In this document: piece after piece, positions 24,085-36,921 of the stretch
Position numbering within the stretch: the first letter of the stretch is position 1
Layout of the letters: each line of letters starts with the position of its first letter
Assembly (NCBI RefSeq): GCF_006345805.1
Contig: NC_043004.1
Coordinates: forward strand, 93,186,001 to 93,250,000
DNA: 64,000 nt
Origin: Octopus sinensis
Taxonomy: Eukaryota
Direction: 5' to 3'
Made by a program: the position numbers and the translations under genes
The notes under the pieces: model-generated
What the model saw: the letters and a program-made list of their open reading frames with translations, nothing else
What the model was told of the DNA's origin: nothing
Database searches by the model: none

Positions 24085-24505
24085 TATTTCACTATAGAGT
24101 GTCCTAGCTATAACATGTCTCATCGGTAGATAATACCATGATGACATTTTCAGACAACTGCTTACGATGTGGCTGATACCTTCGCTGTTAACTCCACAAA
24201 GTCTGCATCGGTTGTCACATTTTACTGTTTTTCCTACACCTCTATCCCTTTTGTTCATTAGGTATTTGGTTGATATTTCCTGTTCCTGGATTGCAAACGC
24301 ATACCCTTCAAAGTGGAAGGTAGTAATCCGGCTATTGGTCCACGATTGCCTGCTTTGATTATCAATGTTACTATCATCTCGGATCTTTCTACTAACATAT
24401 CTACGTTTAGTCTTCTGTTCATATAGACTCATCCTGACATGTGATGATACGTGCGACTTTTTGGGCATGTATTCTTGGTTATCAGATAAAGAATGTTGCC
24501 CAAGG
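24085..24505 (-). mobile_element. R4/Dong-like LINE fragment (CCHC knuckle region)
   Basis: EGYAFAIQEQEISTKYLMNKRD...DNRCRLCGVNSEGISHIVSSCLKMSSWYYLPMRHVIARTLYSEI: AIQEQ..CRLC..HIVSxC..RH pattern. Confidence 0.72.
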
Positions 24506-24511
24506 AGGTGC

Positions 24512-26807
24512 CTGTATGTATGTATGTATGTATGTATGTATGTATGTATGTATGTATGTATGTATGCGTGTATGTATATATGCATGTATGTATGTATGTA
24601 TGTATGCGTGTATGTATGTATGGATGTATGTATGTATATATGTATATAAGCCATGCATGTATGTATGTCTGTATTTATGTATGTTGTATGTATGTATGTA
24701 TGTATGTATGCATGCATGCTGTGTATGTATGTATGTATGTATGTATGTATGTATGTTGTCTGTATGGATGGATGTATGTATGTATGTATGTATAGCCATG
24801 CATGTATGTATGTCTGTATGTATGTATGTATGTATGTATGTATGTATGTATGTATGCATGTATGTATGTATGTATGTATGTATGTATGTATGCGTGTATG
24901 TATGTATGTACGTATGTACGTATGTATGTATGTATACATGTATGTATGTATACGTGTATGTACGTATGTATGTGTGTACGTATGTATGTATGTATGTATG
25001 TATGTATGGATGGATGTATGTATGTATGTATTGTATAGCCATGCAATGTATGTATGTATGTATGTAGGTATGTATGATGTATGTATGTATATGTGAGTAG
25101 TTCTTATGCATGTATGTATGTGATAATGTAATGTATGTATGTATGTATAATGTATGTATGTATGAATGTATGTATGTATGTATGTATGAATGTATGTATG
25201 TATGTATGTATGTATGTACGTATGTATGTATGTATATATGTGAGTATGTATGTATGTATGTATGTATGTATGTATGTATGTATGTATATGCATATATGTA
25301 TGTACGTATGTACGTATGTATGTATATATGTATGTATGTATGTATACATGTATGTATGTATACATGTATGTATGTATACATGTATGTACGTATGTATGTA
25401 CGTATGTATGTATGCATGTATGTGTGTATAGCCATGTATGTATGAATGCATGTATGTATGTATGTATGTATGTTTGTATGTATGTATGTATGTATGTATG
25501 AATGTATGTATGTATGTATGTATACATGTATGTACGTATGTATGTATGTATACATGTATGTATGTATGTATACATGTATGTACGTATGTATGTATGTATG
25601 TATGTATTATGTATGTATGTATGTATGTATGTATGTATGTATGAATGTATGTATGTATGTATGAATGTATGTATGTATGTATGTACGTATATATGTATGT
25701 ATGTATGTATGTATATATGTGAGTATGTATGTATATATGTGAGTATGTATGTATGTATGTAGGTATGTATGTATGTATGTATGTATGTGAGTATGTATGT
25801 ATGTATGTATGTATATATGTATGAATGTATGTATGTATGTATGAATGTATGTATGTATACATGTATGTATGTATGTATGTATACATGTATGTACGTATGT
25901 ACGTATGTATGTATGTATGTATGTATGTATGTATGTATGTATGTATGTATGTATGAATGAATGTATGTATGTATGTATGTATGAATGTATGTATGTATAC
26001 ATGTATGTATGTATGTATGTATGTATGTATGTATGTATGTACGTATGTATGTATGTATGTATATATGTGAGTATGTATGTATGTATGTATGTATGTATGT
26101 ATATGTATGTATGTATGTATGTATGCATATATGTATGTACGTATGTACGTATGTATGTATATATGTATGTATGGAATTGGAATTGTTTGTTTATGTATGT
26201 ATGTATGTATGTATGTATGTATGAATGTATGTATGTATACATGTATGTATGTATGTATACATGTATGTACGTATGTACGTATGTATGTATGTATGTATGT
26301 ATGTATGTATGTATGTATGTATGTATGTATGTATGTATGTATGTATGTATGTATGAATGTATGTATGTATGTATGAATGTATGTATGTATACATGTATGT
26401 ATGTATGTATGTATGTACGTATGTATGTATGTATGTATGTATGTATATATGTGAGTATGTATGTATGTATGTATGTATGTATGTATGTATGTATGTATGT
26501 ATGTATGTATGTATGCATATATGTATGTACGTATGTACGTATGTATGTATATATGTATGTATGTATGTATGTACATATATGTATGTATACATGTATGTAC
26601 GTATGTATGTACGTATGTATGTATGCATGTATGTATGTGTGTATAGCCATGTATGTATGAATGCATGTATGTATGTATGTATGTATGTATGTATGTATGT
26701 TTGTATGTATGTATGTATGTATGTATGAATGTATGTATGTATGTATGTATACATGTATGTATGTATGTATGTATGTATGCATGTATGTATGTATGTATGT
26801 ATGTATG

Positions 26808-26836
<29 letters not shown>
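24512..26836. repeat. 2.3-kb (TATG)n satellite with higher-order structure
   Basis: Directly visible; variant blocks recur (~25230-25520 and ~26440-26740). Confidence 0.95.
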
Positions 26837-26838
<2 letters not shown>

Positions 26839-27203
26839 AGCCAGTTATGTGAAATACTTATTGTAAATACATCGTTGAAAGGCAAATTTACATCGGTATT
26901 CGCCCAGAGATAACATCTCTTACGGACGTAGCGTGTTTTAAAACACGCTATATATCGAAGAGAGATAAAAATATCAATACCAATATAGGACTTCCACTGT
27001 TTCACTCTATACTGGAGAAAACAATAAGCCTGAAACGCATCCAGTGTTCTCCCTGGCTGCTACTGAGACGATTCTCGTATCCCGTTATATATTGTCTTTC
27101 TAAACACAGTACGTCCATAAACGAAGTTACCTCAGGACGAAAACTGTAGTAAATTTGCCTTTCAACAATTCATTTACATTAAATATGACAAATAACTGGC
27201 TAT
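26837..27203. mobile_element. 367-bp element with ~55-bp inverted arms and a central hammerhead-like remnant
   Basis: Arms atagccagttat...gttgaaaggcaaatttac / gtaaatttgcctttcaac...ataactggctat; CTGGAGA-aaacaataagcct-GAAAC-GC-ATC-CAGTG at 27012-27046. Confidence 0.75.
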
Positions 27204-27534
27204 TTTAGCATAATGTTGCTTTTGCTGAATAAGTGTGTGCGTACGTATGTGTGTGTGTGCGCGCGCGCGTGTGTGTTTGTGTGTTTGTCCGTCTGTGTGT
27301 TTGTGTGTGTATGTATGTATGTATGTATGTATGTATATATTATATATGTATGTATGTATGTATGGATGTATGTATGTATTATGTATGTATTATGTATGTA
27401 TGTATGTATGTATGTATGTATGTATGTATTCTGTATGCATGTATGTATGTAGGTATGTATGTATCTATGTATGTATGTATGTATGCAGGTATGTATGTAT
27501 GTATGTATGCAGGTATGTATGTATTTATACTCTT

Positions 27535-27768
27535 TTACTCTCTCATTTGTTTTAGTCAATTTGACTGCGGCCATGATGGAACACCGCCTTTATTCTAACA
27601 AATCGACTCCAGGAGTCATCCTTTCTAAGCCTAGTACTTATTGTATCATTCTCTGTTGCCGAACCGCTAATTTACGGGGACGTAAACATACCAGCATCGG
27701 TTGTCAAGCGATGGTGGGGTGACAAACACAGACACCACACACGCGCAAGCACACACACACACACACGC

Positions 27769-27823
<55 letters not shown>

Positions 27824-27992
27824 TATATATACAACGGGCTTCTTTCAGTTTCAGTCTACCAAATCCACTCAGAAGGCTTTAGTCGGCCCGAGGCTATAGT
27901 AGAAGACACTTGCCCAAGGTGCCTGGCAGTAGGACTGGACCCGGAACCATGTGGCTGGTAAGCAAACTACTTTCCACACAGCCACTCCTGTG
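27535..27992 (-). mobile_element. SINE family B
   Basis: Diverged full-length match. Confidence 0.88.
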
Positions 27993-28759
27993 TCTATGTC
28001 GTCATTTATATTGCAATATCGACTCTAGCGAAGTTAATTGTACACGAGACAAATGAAGTGGGTTAATGGCTGTGTATGTGTGTATGACCGTGTGAGCATG
28101 TGCGTGTGCGTGTGCATGCGTGGAATACTATGCGCATATGAATGTATGTGTGTGTGTGTCTGTCTGTATGTGTAAACGTATGTATGTCTTTGTTTCTTTG
28201 CTTCGTGTTTCCGTGTATGTGTATGTATTGATACGATGCTTTGATTAATGGCATTTGCAACAAAGAAACTTGGCAGTATAAAGGATTGTGAACATATGTT
28301 GAGAAAAAAAAAATTACACGGAAACAAGGAAGCGAGAGAAAAAAAAGCTGTGTGAAAATAAAAACCTTGAAACTAAAGAAACTTTTAAAAAAAAGTATTG
28401 GTTTGAATATGGAGTAGCGTAAATGAAAGAGTTTCTATTAATAAATTGAATTGATTTGAGAAGCCGGTTTTACGACCACATTTATTCAAAAGAATTTCTA
28501 TATGCAGTTGAATAATTATTTATTGTTATTTCATGTAAGACGGATCTAGCCAACGATTGAATCTATCGTTCTTACTACCTTCCTTCTACCGAGAAGAAGG
28601 AGTAGTTTTCATTTGTCTTGTGGCTAAGCCATAGAAGTTGTGTTATAGAAGAGATTAAAAGCCTTCATGACAAAAATAATGCTCTCCTTCCTTTCGTCAA
28701 GTCCTCATCCAATCTTTCAAGTTCCACTTTCAATGTAAGATGGAAGTGGAGAGAGGGGG

Positions 28760-29035
28760 GGAAGAGAGTGGGGTTGAAGAAAGAGGGAGAAGAGAAAGGA
28801 GAAGAGAGAGGAGAAAGAGAAGTGGAAGAGAGAGAGAGAGAGACGGAAAGACGGAAGAGAGTGGGGTTGAAGAAAGAGGGAGAAGAGAAAGGAGAAGAGA
28901 GAGGATAAAGAGAAGTGGAAGAGAGAGAGAGAGAGAGACGGAAAGACGGAAGAGAGTGGGGTTGAAGAAAGAGGGAGAAGAGAAAGGAGAAGAGAGAGGA
29001 TAAAGAGAAGTGGAAGAGAGAGAGAGAGTGAGACA
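28760..29035. repeat. Purine-rich minisatellite, 3 copies of ~94 bp
   Basis: ggaagagagtggggttgaagaaagagggagaagagaaagga at 28760, 28853 and 28948. Confidence 0.9.
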
Positions 29036-29099
29036 GACAGACAGACAGAGATGCTCTCAGTGAATTCATTAATAAGAGTGTGACTCACTCAAGTGAATA

Positions 29100-29800
29100 G
29101 GTTTACTCTAAGCATGAACCCGTAAGCCGGTAAATCACAGCTGGGTAAAGTTAATTGCCAATGGTAGTCAGAGTAATCTTGGTTCTGTGGAGTTCCTTGA
29201 TTAATCCAAGATGACGACCCTCTTCTCTGAGAGCTGCATCCCATATTTATACATTGTGCATATTCCTTTTTATTATGCATCTTCTATCACTCGACAAACC
29301 TTTCTCTATAATGTCCTCTTCATCTAACATCTTCGTGGCATATAAATTAAAAACCATTCTTCTTCTAGGGCGTCAGACAACATACATTGGGAGGATCTGT
29401 CTTCCAACTCTTTACATTTTGAGTTTAAATCCTGTAGAGACCAACTTTGCTCGTTATCCATTTTCATTATCAACAGTCTTATGCGAGTCTGTACTATATC
29501 CTTAGGTACATCCGTACTGTATCCCTCTTTGCTCCAGAAGTGTGTGCAGCATAGTCTTATAGGGAGAGATGTACACTCGTGCAACACTTTTACGTTGTTG
29601 CTGAGTTTGATTTGATGCTTGTAATACTATTTCTGCGTTTCGCTGGTTTTGTACGAGTATATGGTGATACAAAATATTGTTTTGTTTGATGATATTTATA
29701 TTTCAAAAGTGCTTTGAGATTGGTGTTATATATTTCAGTGTCGGACAGTAGTTGCGCAGAGCATGTGCTGTGTGGGTCGAGTGGTATAGATGGGCTGCAG
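29100..29800 (-). pseudogene. Possible decayed BEL/Pao gag fragment
   Basis: YNTNLKALLKYKY, SWSLQDLNSKCKELE and a broken knuckle-like F*FIC..RGHY loosely resemble Pao gag; many stops and frameshifts. Confidence 0.3.
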
Positions 29801-30401
29801 ATATCTCTGCCTTTCTCCTCCACGACGTCTTGTCCGTTTGTTTGTTGACCGATAAGAAGAGACGGACCCATCTCAATCCCGTTATATGGAGAGGGAATAG
29901 AAAACAAATGACAACCCTCTAAAATAACCTTGTAGAAGATTTTTTGTGAGTTTACATAAACTCCGGTTTTAGTTGCGGTTAGATACTAAGTTAGTCTTCT
30001 CACAATGTGTATGTAGATCTCCTGTCAGCTATTTTTTCTCTCTCATAGAGATTTGCATGCCTTCTAACGTCCTATTGTTCTTAACAATCATTATTAACTG
30101 TTTTTGTCTTTCTCACTGAGATGGTCACCTTTTCTGACGCTTAGTTGAACATAACAAACGCTGTTAAATAAAATCTCGCACTTCTTTCATATTTTCAACT
30201 CGAAGTAACAAGGGTTTCTTATGCTGCCATCCACACTATCATCGCTATTTACGACTACAGCTATGTCAACTTCTAAAACTCAGCTATTTGCATGTCATAC
30301 ACACAAACACATACACATGCTTTTAGCTCTTTAGCATTCAGATTATTCTGTCAAATGTAATACTTATTTATTCACATTGTTTTAAATTAACCATGCATTA
30401 T

Positions 30402-30775
30402 TAGGCGCAGGAGTGGCTGTGTGGTAAGTAGCTTGTTTACCAACCACATGGTTCTGGGTTCAGTCCCACTGTCTTCTACTATAGCCTCGGGCCGACCAAA
30501 GCCTTGTTAGTGGATCTGCTATATATGTATATATATATATATATATATGCGTGTGTGTTTTGTGTGTCTGTGTTTGTCCCCCTAGCATTGCTTGACAACC
30601 GATGTTGGTGTGTTTATGTCCCCGTTACTTAGCGGTTCGGCAAAAGCGGCCGATAGAATAAGTACTGGGCTTACAAAAGAATAAGTCCCGGGGTCGAGTT
30701 GCTCGATTAAAGGCGGTGCTCCAGCATGGCCGCAGTCAAATGACTGAAACAAGTAAAAGAGAGTAAAAGAGAGTA
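30402..30775 (+). mobile_element. SINE family B (small internal deletion)
   Basis: Head aggcgcaggagtggctgtgtggtaag; family B tail. Confidence 0.9.
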
Positions 30776-30994
30776 TCTTTTGGGGTTGAAATTTCAATGA
30801 TGTGCTTGTTTATTTTTAGCAAAGACATGGTAGTGTAGGTGTGAAAGGTGAACATTGTCAGTCTGTACATAAAACAAGTATAATATTGGGCCGGATGTGG
30901 TCAGTTTGAATGCTAACGGGTTAAAAAGAATACTCACTCAGTCTTTTGCTATGTAAATCTGCTGAACCATTGCGTGGACAGAGCATGGCTATAC

Positions 30995-31393
30995 TCTTTT
31001 ACTTGTTTCAGTCATGTGACTGTGACCATGCTGGAGCACCGCCTTTAGTCGAGAAAATCGACCTCAGTACTTATTCTTTGTAAGCCTAGTACTTATTCTA
31101 TCGCTTTCTTTTTGCCGAACCGCTAAGTTACGGGGACATAAACATACCAGCATCGGTTGTCAAGCGATGTTGGAGGGGACAAACACAGACACACAAACAC
31201 ACACGCACATATATATATAAACATATATACGACGGGCTTCTTTCAGTTTCCGTCTACCAAATCCACTCACAAGGCTTTGGTCCGCCCGAGGCTATAGTAG
31301 AAGACACTTGCCCAAGGTGCCACGCAGTGGGACTGAACCCGGAACCATGTGGTTGGTAAGCAAGCTACTTACCACACAGCCACTCCTGCGCCT
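30995..31393 (-). mobile_element. SINE family B
   Basis: Full-length; inverted to 30402-30775. Confidence 0.92.
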
Positions 31394-31784
31394 ATAGTTG
31401 ACATTTCAACGCCGAATGGCATGCAACTTTACGTTTGAAAATACATTTGCTCCAGTGGGGTTTTCGATTCCAATGTCCGAAAAAAAGGTGTGCAGCCTGA
31501 TGCCTTTGCACTGACGTGGACAACTTTCGCTGAACATCATGCAAAAAACAATGAAAAGAAGTCTGAAGAGAAAACTTCACATGACCAGCACACGGCGTCC
31601 GGAGATACAACACAATGCTCCCACCGACTGCATGTCACACTTTTGAGCTTTGTAACTACGCTTCATGCTTTTAAATTTTCATTTTCAACGCCTGTTTCTA
31701 TTTAATTGCAACGGACTGTGTATTTTTTTTTTTTTTTTTTTTGTACTTGTTTCAGTCATTTGACTGCGGCCATGCTGGAGCACC

Positions 31785-31950
31785 GCCTTTAGAGTGGTGA
31801 AAGAGTACAGCAAGGATCACCACCATCCCCTGTCGGAGCCTCGTGGAGCTTTTAGGTGTTTTCGCTCAATAAACACACACAACGCCCGGTCTGGGAATCG
31901 AAACCGCGATCCTCCGACCGCAAGTCCGCTGCCCTAACCACTGGGCCATT
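31785..31950 (-). mobile_element. SINE family C 5' fragment
   Basis: Reverse complement of the family C head. Confidence 0.85.
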
Positions 31951-32846
31951 GCTGTATATGAACAGCTTGTCTTTTTTTTTTTTTTTTCGGCTGCCTTCCT
32001 TGAAAGCACTTCTTTTTACTAAAAATTATTTTCCATATATTTGAAAATGTCTCATAAACTTACCAAAAAGGGAAAAAAATAGACTAATTGTGCAATTTTT
32101 AAAAACTTCATTGAGTCTAGCATTGATATTTTACTGCTTTTTAAGGTTAAATCTCTGCTCTTTTTTTTTTTTATTTTTGCTTTATGACACAATTATTGCA
32201 TTTTTTACACATTCACCTGTGCTATCACATGCGTAAAGGTAATAGCACCAAGTATATATTTTTTTTAATAAAATGTTTTGTCCTGCAAGGTATTGGGTTA
32301 TTAGATAAATTCATTGTTATTATCGTATCTAGTGTTGTTGTTGTTGTTGTTTACTTGTAACACCATTGTCATGTCTGAAAATAGGTAAAAATGTATTTAA
32401 ATTTAAAAATCGATAAACAAAAGTTGTAGAGGAAAGGATAGACCAAATAAAATAAAAATAAAATAAAATAAACGCGACACTACGATAAAGATGTCTTCCT
32501 TCTTAAAAGAAATAACACCGGGAATTATTCAAACAGTGAAGGACAAAAAACAAAAAAAAAAAACAACGAACGAATTTATCTGACAACCCAGTTGTTAATG
32601 TGGTAAAACCTGGTAAAATAGCTGTGTGCAAGCTTCCATAGTCTGTGCAATGCCTCCCTCGTGCATAGCAGAGGAGTACAATAGACATTCCTTTTATGTA
32701 TAACAGTGTACACCTTTTCTTTACCATTACAGACTAGCACCTTTTTCTCCTTGTTCATGGTATCATTACATTTATATTTGCACCAAGCTAATACTTACAG
32801 CTTTCTATTGAATTCAGCGCACGTTTTCCTAATGTTTCCATTTACT

Positions 32847-33426
32847 TATTTCTTTACTACCCACAAGGGGCTAAACACAGAGAGGACAAACAAGGACAGA
32901 CAAACGGATTAAGTCGATTTTATCGACCCCAGTGCGAAACTGGTACTTACTTAATCGACCCCGAAAGGATGAAAGGATGACAGTCGACCTCGGCGGAATT
33001 TGATCTCAGAACTTAAAGACAGACGAAATACCTATTTCTATTTCTTTACTACCCACAAGGGGCTAAACACAGAGAGGACAAACAAGGACAGACAAACGGA
33101 TTAAGTCGATTTTATCGACCCCAGTGCGTAAATGGTACTTATTTAATCGACCCCGAAAGGCAAAGTCGACCTCGGCGGAATTTGAACTCAGAACGTAGCG
33201 GCAGACGAAATACCTATTTCTTTACTACCCACAGGGGGGCTAAACACAGAGGGGACAAACAAGGACAGACAAACGGATTAAGTCGATTACATTGACCCTA
33301 GTGCGTACCGAAAGGATGAAAGGCAAAGTCGACCTCGGCGGAATTTGAACTCAGAACATGAAGACAGACGAAATACCGCTAAACATTTCACCCGGCGTGG
33401 TAACATTTCTGCCAGCTCGCTGCCTT
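32847..33426 (-). mobile_element. SINE family A trimer with one head, flanked by a 15-bp TSD
   Basis: atgtttccatttact at 32832-32846 and 33427-33441. Confidence 0.92.
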
Positions 33427-34585
33427 ATGTTTCCATTTACTACTTACGTCTACATGCCATAATGCATACTCACTACATTGTTATCTAACAGTTTATTAGG
33501 TTTTTGCCATCCATTTTCGTATTTGCTTTCTTGAGATTCGCATTCCTTACTGCAATACACGCATACATTTATTAAACACCAAGTATACTCTTTAGTACCT
33601 GTATCTACAGCGATTATTTCTAGTTCCGTGTCAACCATAAACTTTGTAGTGATCCTATACAACGGCGCGCGCTCGCGCACCGTCCATTTGTATTTCGCGC
33701 GTGCAAGGTTGGTGCTTTCACCACCGGAAGAAGAACCCTTTTGCCTACGTAGCAGTTAGCCGAGGCAAGGGGGTCGTAAGACGTTGACCACCAGCGTCCA
33801 GCAAGCAGCGACTTGAGACATGGCTATCGAAGGCAACGGTCACGTATATTTTCTCTCTGTCCGAATTTGATTCTAGCAGCAGTCGGCCGAAAGCTTTTAA
33901 CCAAATTGTTGCCGACCACATCATCTTCCCTGTTCCGGACGCCATCTTTAACCCGTTCTGTTTTTAGCGGCTGAACATTGTAAATATTACAATCGATTAA
34001 CTTTCAGCCTTGCGCGCCCAGAACCAAGGATATCAGATATACCACTGATCTCTCACCATAAGAGAATAAAGTAGTTATATATATTTTACGTTTGCGTCTT
34101 TGTTGTTTCTGACTGGTAGAGAATCTGGATTATTAAAGCAACGGCTAGTGATTGCCTCTTGTACCCCGAAAGTACAAGAGAAGATATATTCACTAAGTTC
34201 GTTTCAACTTTAATCTCGGACATAGCTTCTCTTGAATATTGCACCAAGCGATTGTTCGTACTGCATTGCTTCATTCGTGCATTTATGAAATACTGGTTGC
34301 GTCTCATACCAGTTAGAAAGTGCGCAGTTCTTAATTACGAATTGCTACAGAACTTACCTTGACCTGAATTGTTAACCCCATCCGCCAAATTCTCCCAGCA
34401 TTTCAAAAGAGAATACACATTAGCCTTTCTCTGCATTGCTTTCTTTCAGTTTATCAGAAACATATCCTGTATGCAGCCGCTCTCTGGCTACGAATAAAAT
34501 AACAAAGAGATTTATTGTGACTCATGTATGTATGTGTGTAACCGTGTGTGCGCGCGCACGTATGGTGTGTATTTGTGTTTGTGCC

Positions 34586-34877
34586 TGTGATATAGCTGTC
34601 GCCATAGTTTATATGCGCACAGCAAAGGGTGCTTCTAAGCGGTTGCTCAACCTTCAAAAAATAGCAGCCAAATATCACTCAGACCACAGTCTTCAATCTT
34701 TGGAAAGAGAACACATTAAATAATATAGTCCTATATACGCTCTAAAAAGATGGCGGCTGTCATGACGTTGATTATAGGTCTGTTTGATTATAGGGATTGA
34801 TCTTGGGATAAACACCTCGACAATGTAGTAACTACAGTAAGTTCCAGAATCTAAGGATATTGGTGGTGTCTGTGTCA
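34586..34877. repeat. 292-bp TG...CA repeat, copy 1 (copy 2 at 39725-40016)
   Basis: Highly similar direct repeat ~5.1 kb apart. Confidence 0.85.
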
Positions 34878-35099
34878 GTTAGTGTGTGTGGGTGTGTGTG
34901 TTTGAGTTTTATTAAAGTTATTAAAAAACTTCAAGACGTTCGTAAAACAAAGCCAGAAGACTTTGAGTTAAGAGAGTTTCCGGTGTTTGTAAATATATTG
35001 TTGAGTTGGTATATTGCTTGAACTGTCGATGCATACACCCGAGTGCGTGCATCTATTGACCTAAAGAATCTCAGATGGAGAATCTTTGGAATTGTTTCT

Positions 35100-35132
35100 T
35101 TATGTATGTATGTATGTATGTATGTATGTATG

Positions 35133-35163
<31 letters not shown>

Positions 35164-35267
35164 GTATGTATGTATGCAAGTATGCATGTATGTATGCATG
35201 TATGTATGTATGTATGTATGTATGTATATATGCATGTATGTATGTATGTATGTATGATGTATGTATG

Positions 35268-35298
<31 letters not shown>

Positions 35299-35556
35299 GT
35301 ATGTATGTATGTATGCAAGTATGCATGTATGTATGTATGTAAGTATGTATGTATGTATGTATGCATGTATGCATGTATGTATGCATGTATGTAAGTATGT
35401 ATGTATGTATGTATGTATGCATGTATGTATGTATGTTTGTTTGTATGTATGCATGTATGTATGTATGTATGTATGTATGTACGTACGTATGTATGTATGT
35501 ATGTATGTATGTATGTATGTATGTATGTATGTATGTATGTATGTATGTATGTATGT
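35100..35556. repeat. (TATG)n microsatellite
   Basis: Directly visible. Confidence 0.95.
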
Positions 35557-35639
35557 AGTGCAACTTGTATATACAGAATATGGTAATTCAAGGATCAGTT
35601 ATTATTATAAGCAATGATCTTACAATGTAATTTCCTATT

Positions 35640-35885
35640 GGCAATAAAATTAGTTGCACGTGACCAGACGTGGTCGCCATGTTATTACAGTACAGTTTTG
35701 AACTTAAGACACTGAAGTTGTTATTATGTTAGCCATTGCCACTCCGCTTTCTGTTTATTCGAAAGTAGAGCAACAATCAATGATTTGTTTTCTGCTGGCT
35801 GAAGATTTATTAGGGGCCGAAATCCATGGAAGACTTTCAGTACAGTATGGAAACAATGTTTTGATGCAATCAACCATGACTGGAT
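35640..35885 (+). mobile_element. Mariner transposase N-terminal fragment
   Basis: ATPLSVYSKVEQQSMICFLLAEDLLGAEIHGRLSVQYGNNVL matches the mariner N-terminal HTH (EQRSVIRFL..EG...AEIHRRL..QYG). Confidence 0.75.
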
Positions 35886-35982
35886 TAAAAATTCGAAAGT
35901 GGCTTTATGCTTTATGAAAGGGCTAGACGTCCATGTCTAGCTTTATGAAAGGACTAGACGTACAGTAGTAACGCAGGTATTT

Positions 35983-36210
35983 CGGCGAGCTGGCAGAACC
36001 GTTAGCACGCCGGGCGAAATGCGTAGCCGTATTTCGTCTGTCGTTACGTTCTGAGTTCAAATTCCGCCGAGGTCGACTTTGCCTTTCATCCTTTCGGGGT
36101 CGATAAATTAAGGACCAGTTACGCACTGGGGTCGATGTAATCGACTTAATCCGTTTGTCTGTCCTTGTTTGTCTCCTCTGTGTTTAGCCCCTTGTGGGTA
36201 GTAAAGAAAT
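35983..36210 (+). mobile_element. SINE family A monomer
   Basis: Full body; aggtattt on both sides (35975-35982, 36211-36218). Confidence 0.92.
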
Positions 36211-36324
36211 AGGTATTTTGGTAGGATTCACAAGGATCAACAGAGGAGCATTATCAGCAGAGAAGCGGAACAGTAAATAGCACAACGTAACAATTTTCAA
36301 AAAAAATTTGTTTCTCTCTTTCTC

Positions 36325-36519
36325 TTTTACTTGTTTCAGTCATTTGACTGTGGCCATGCTGGAGCACTGCCTTTAGTCGAGCAAATCGACCCCGGGACTT
36401 ATTCTTTGTAAGCACAGTACTTATTCTATCTGTCTCTTTTGCCGAACCGCTAATTGACGGGAACATAAACACACCAGCATCGGTTGTCAAGCAATGCTAG
36501 GGGGACAAACACAGACACA

Positions 36520-36604
<85 letters not shown>

Positions 36605-36768
36605 CGATGGGCTTCTTTCAGTTTCCGTCTACCAAATCCACTCACAAGGCTTTGGTCGGCCCGAGGCTCTAGTAGAAGACACTTGCCCAAGGTGCCACGC
36701 AGTGGAACTGAACCCGGAACCATGTGGTTGGCAAGCAAGCTACTTACCACACAGCCACTCCTGCGCCT
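36325..36768 (-). mobile_element. SINE family B
   Basis: Full-length match. Confidence 0.92.
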
Positions 36769-36921
36769 ATTTGTTTGCTGTGGGGTTTTTTTTTTTTTGT
36801 TTATCATTCCATTTTTTCTGCTGATTGCAAAAATGAAATAACTTTTTGTGTATCATCAACAGTTAAAAAATATGTCGAGTTTCAATATTATTATATATTC
36901 GGTACTATTTATAATATCATC

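Noticed and set aside
23797-27005. Very long ORFs (357-633 aa) rich in HTYI/MYVC
   Set aside because: Translations of (TATG)n, which has no stop codons in several frames; no protein signal.
31400-31720. Possible Tc1/mariner end (..caacggactgtg-TA)
   Set aside because: No transposase motif recognisable in any frame and no partner TIR.
33450-33570. YCSKEC resembling a MYND finger
   Set aside because: Other Cys/His ligands are missing; too short to support.
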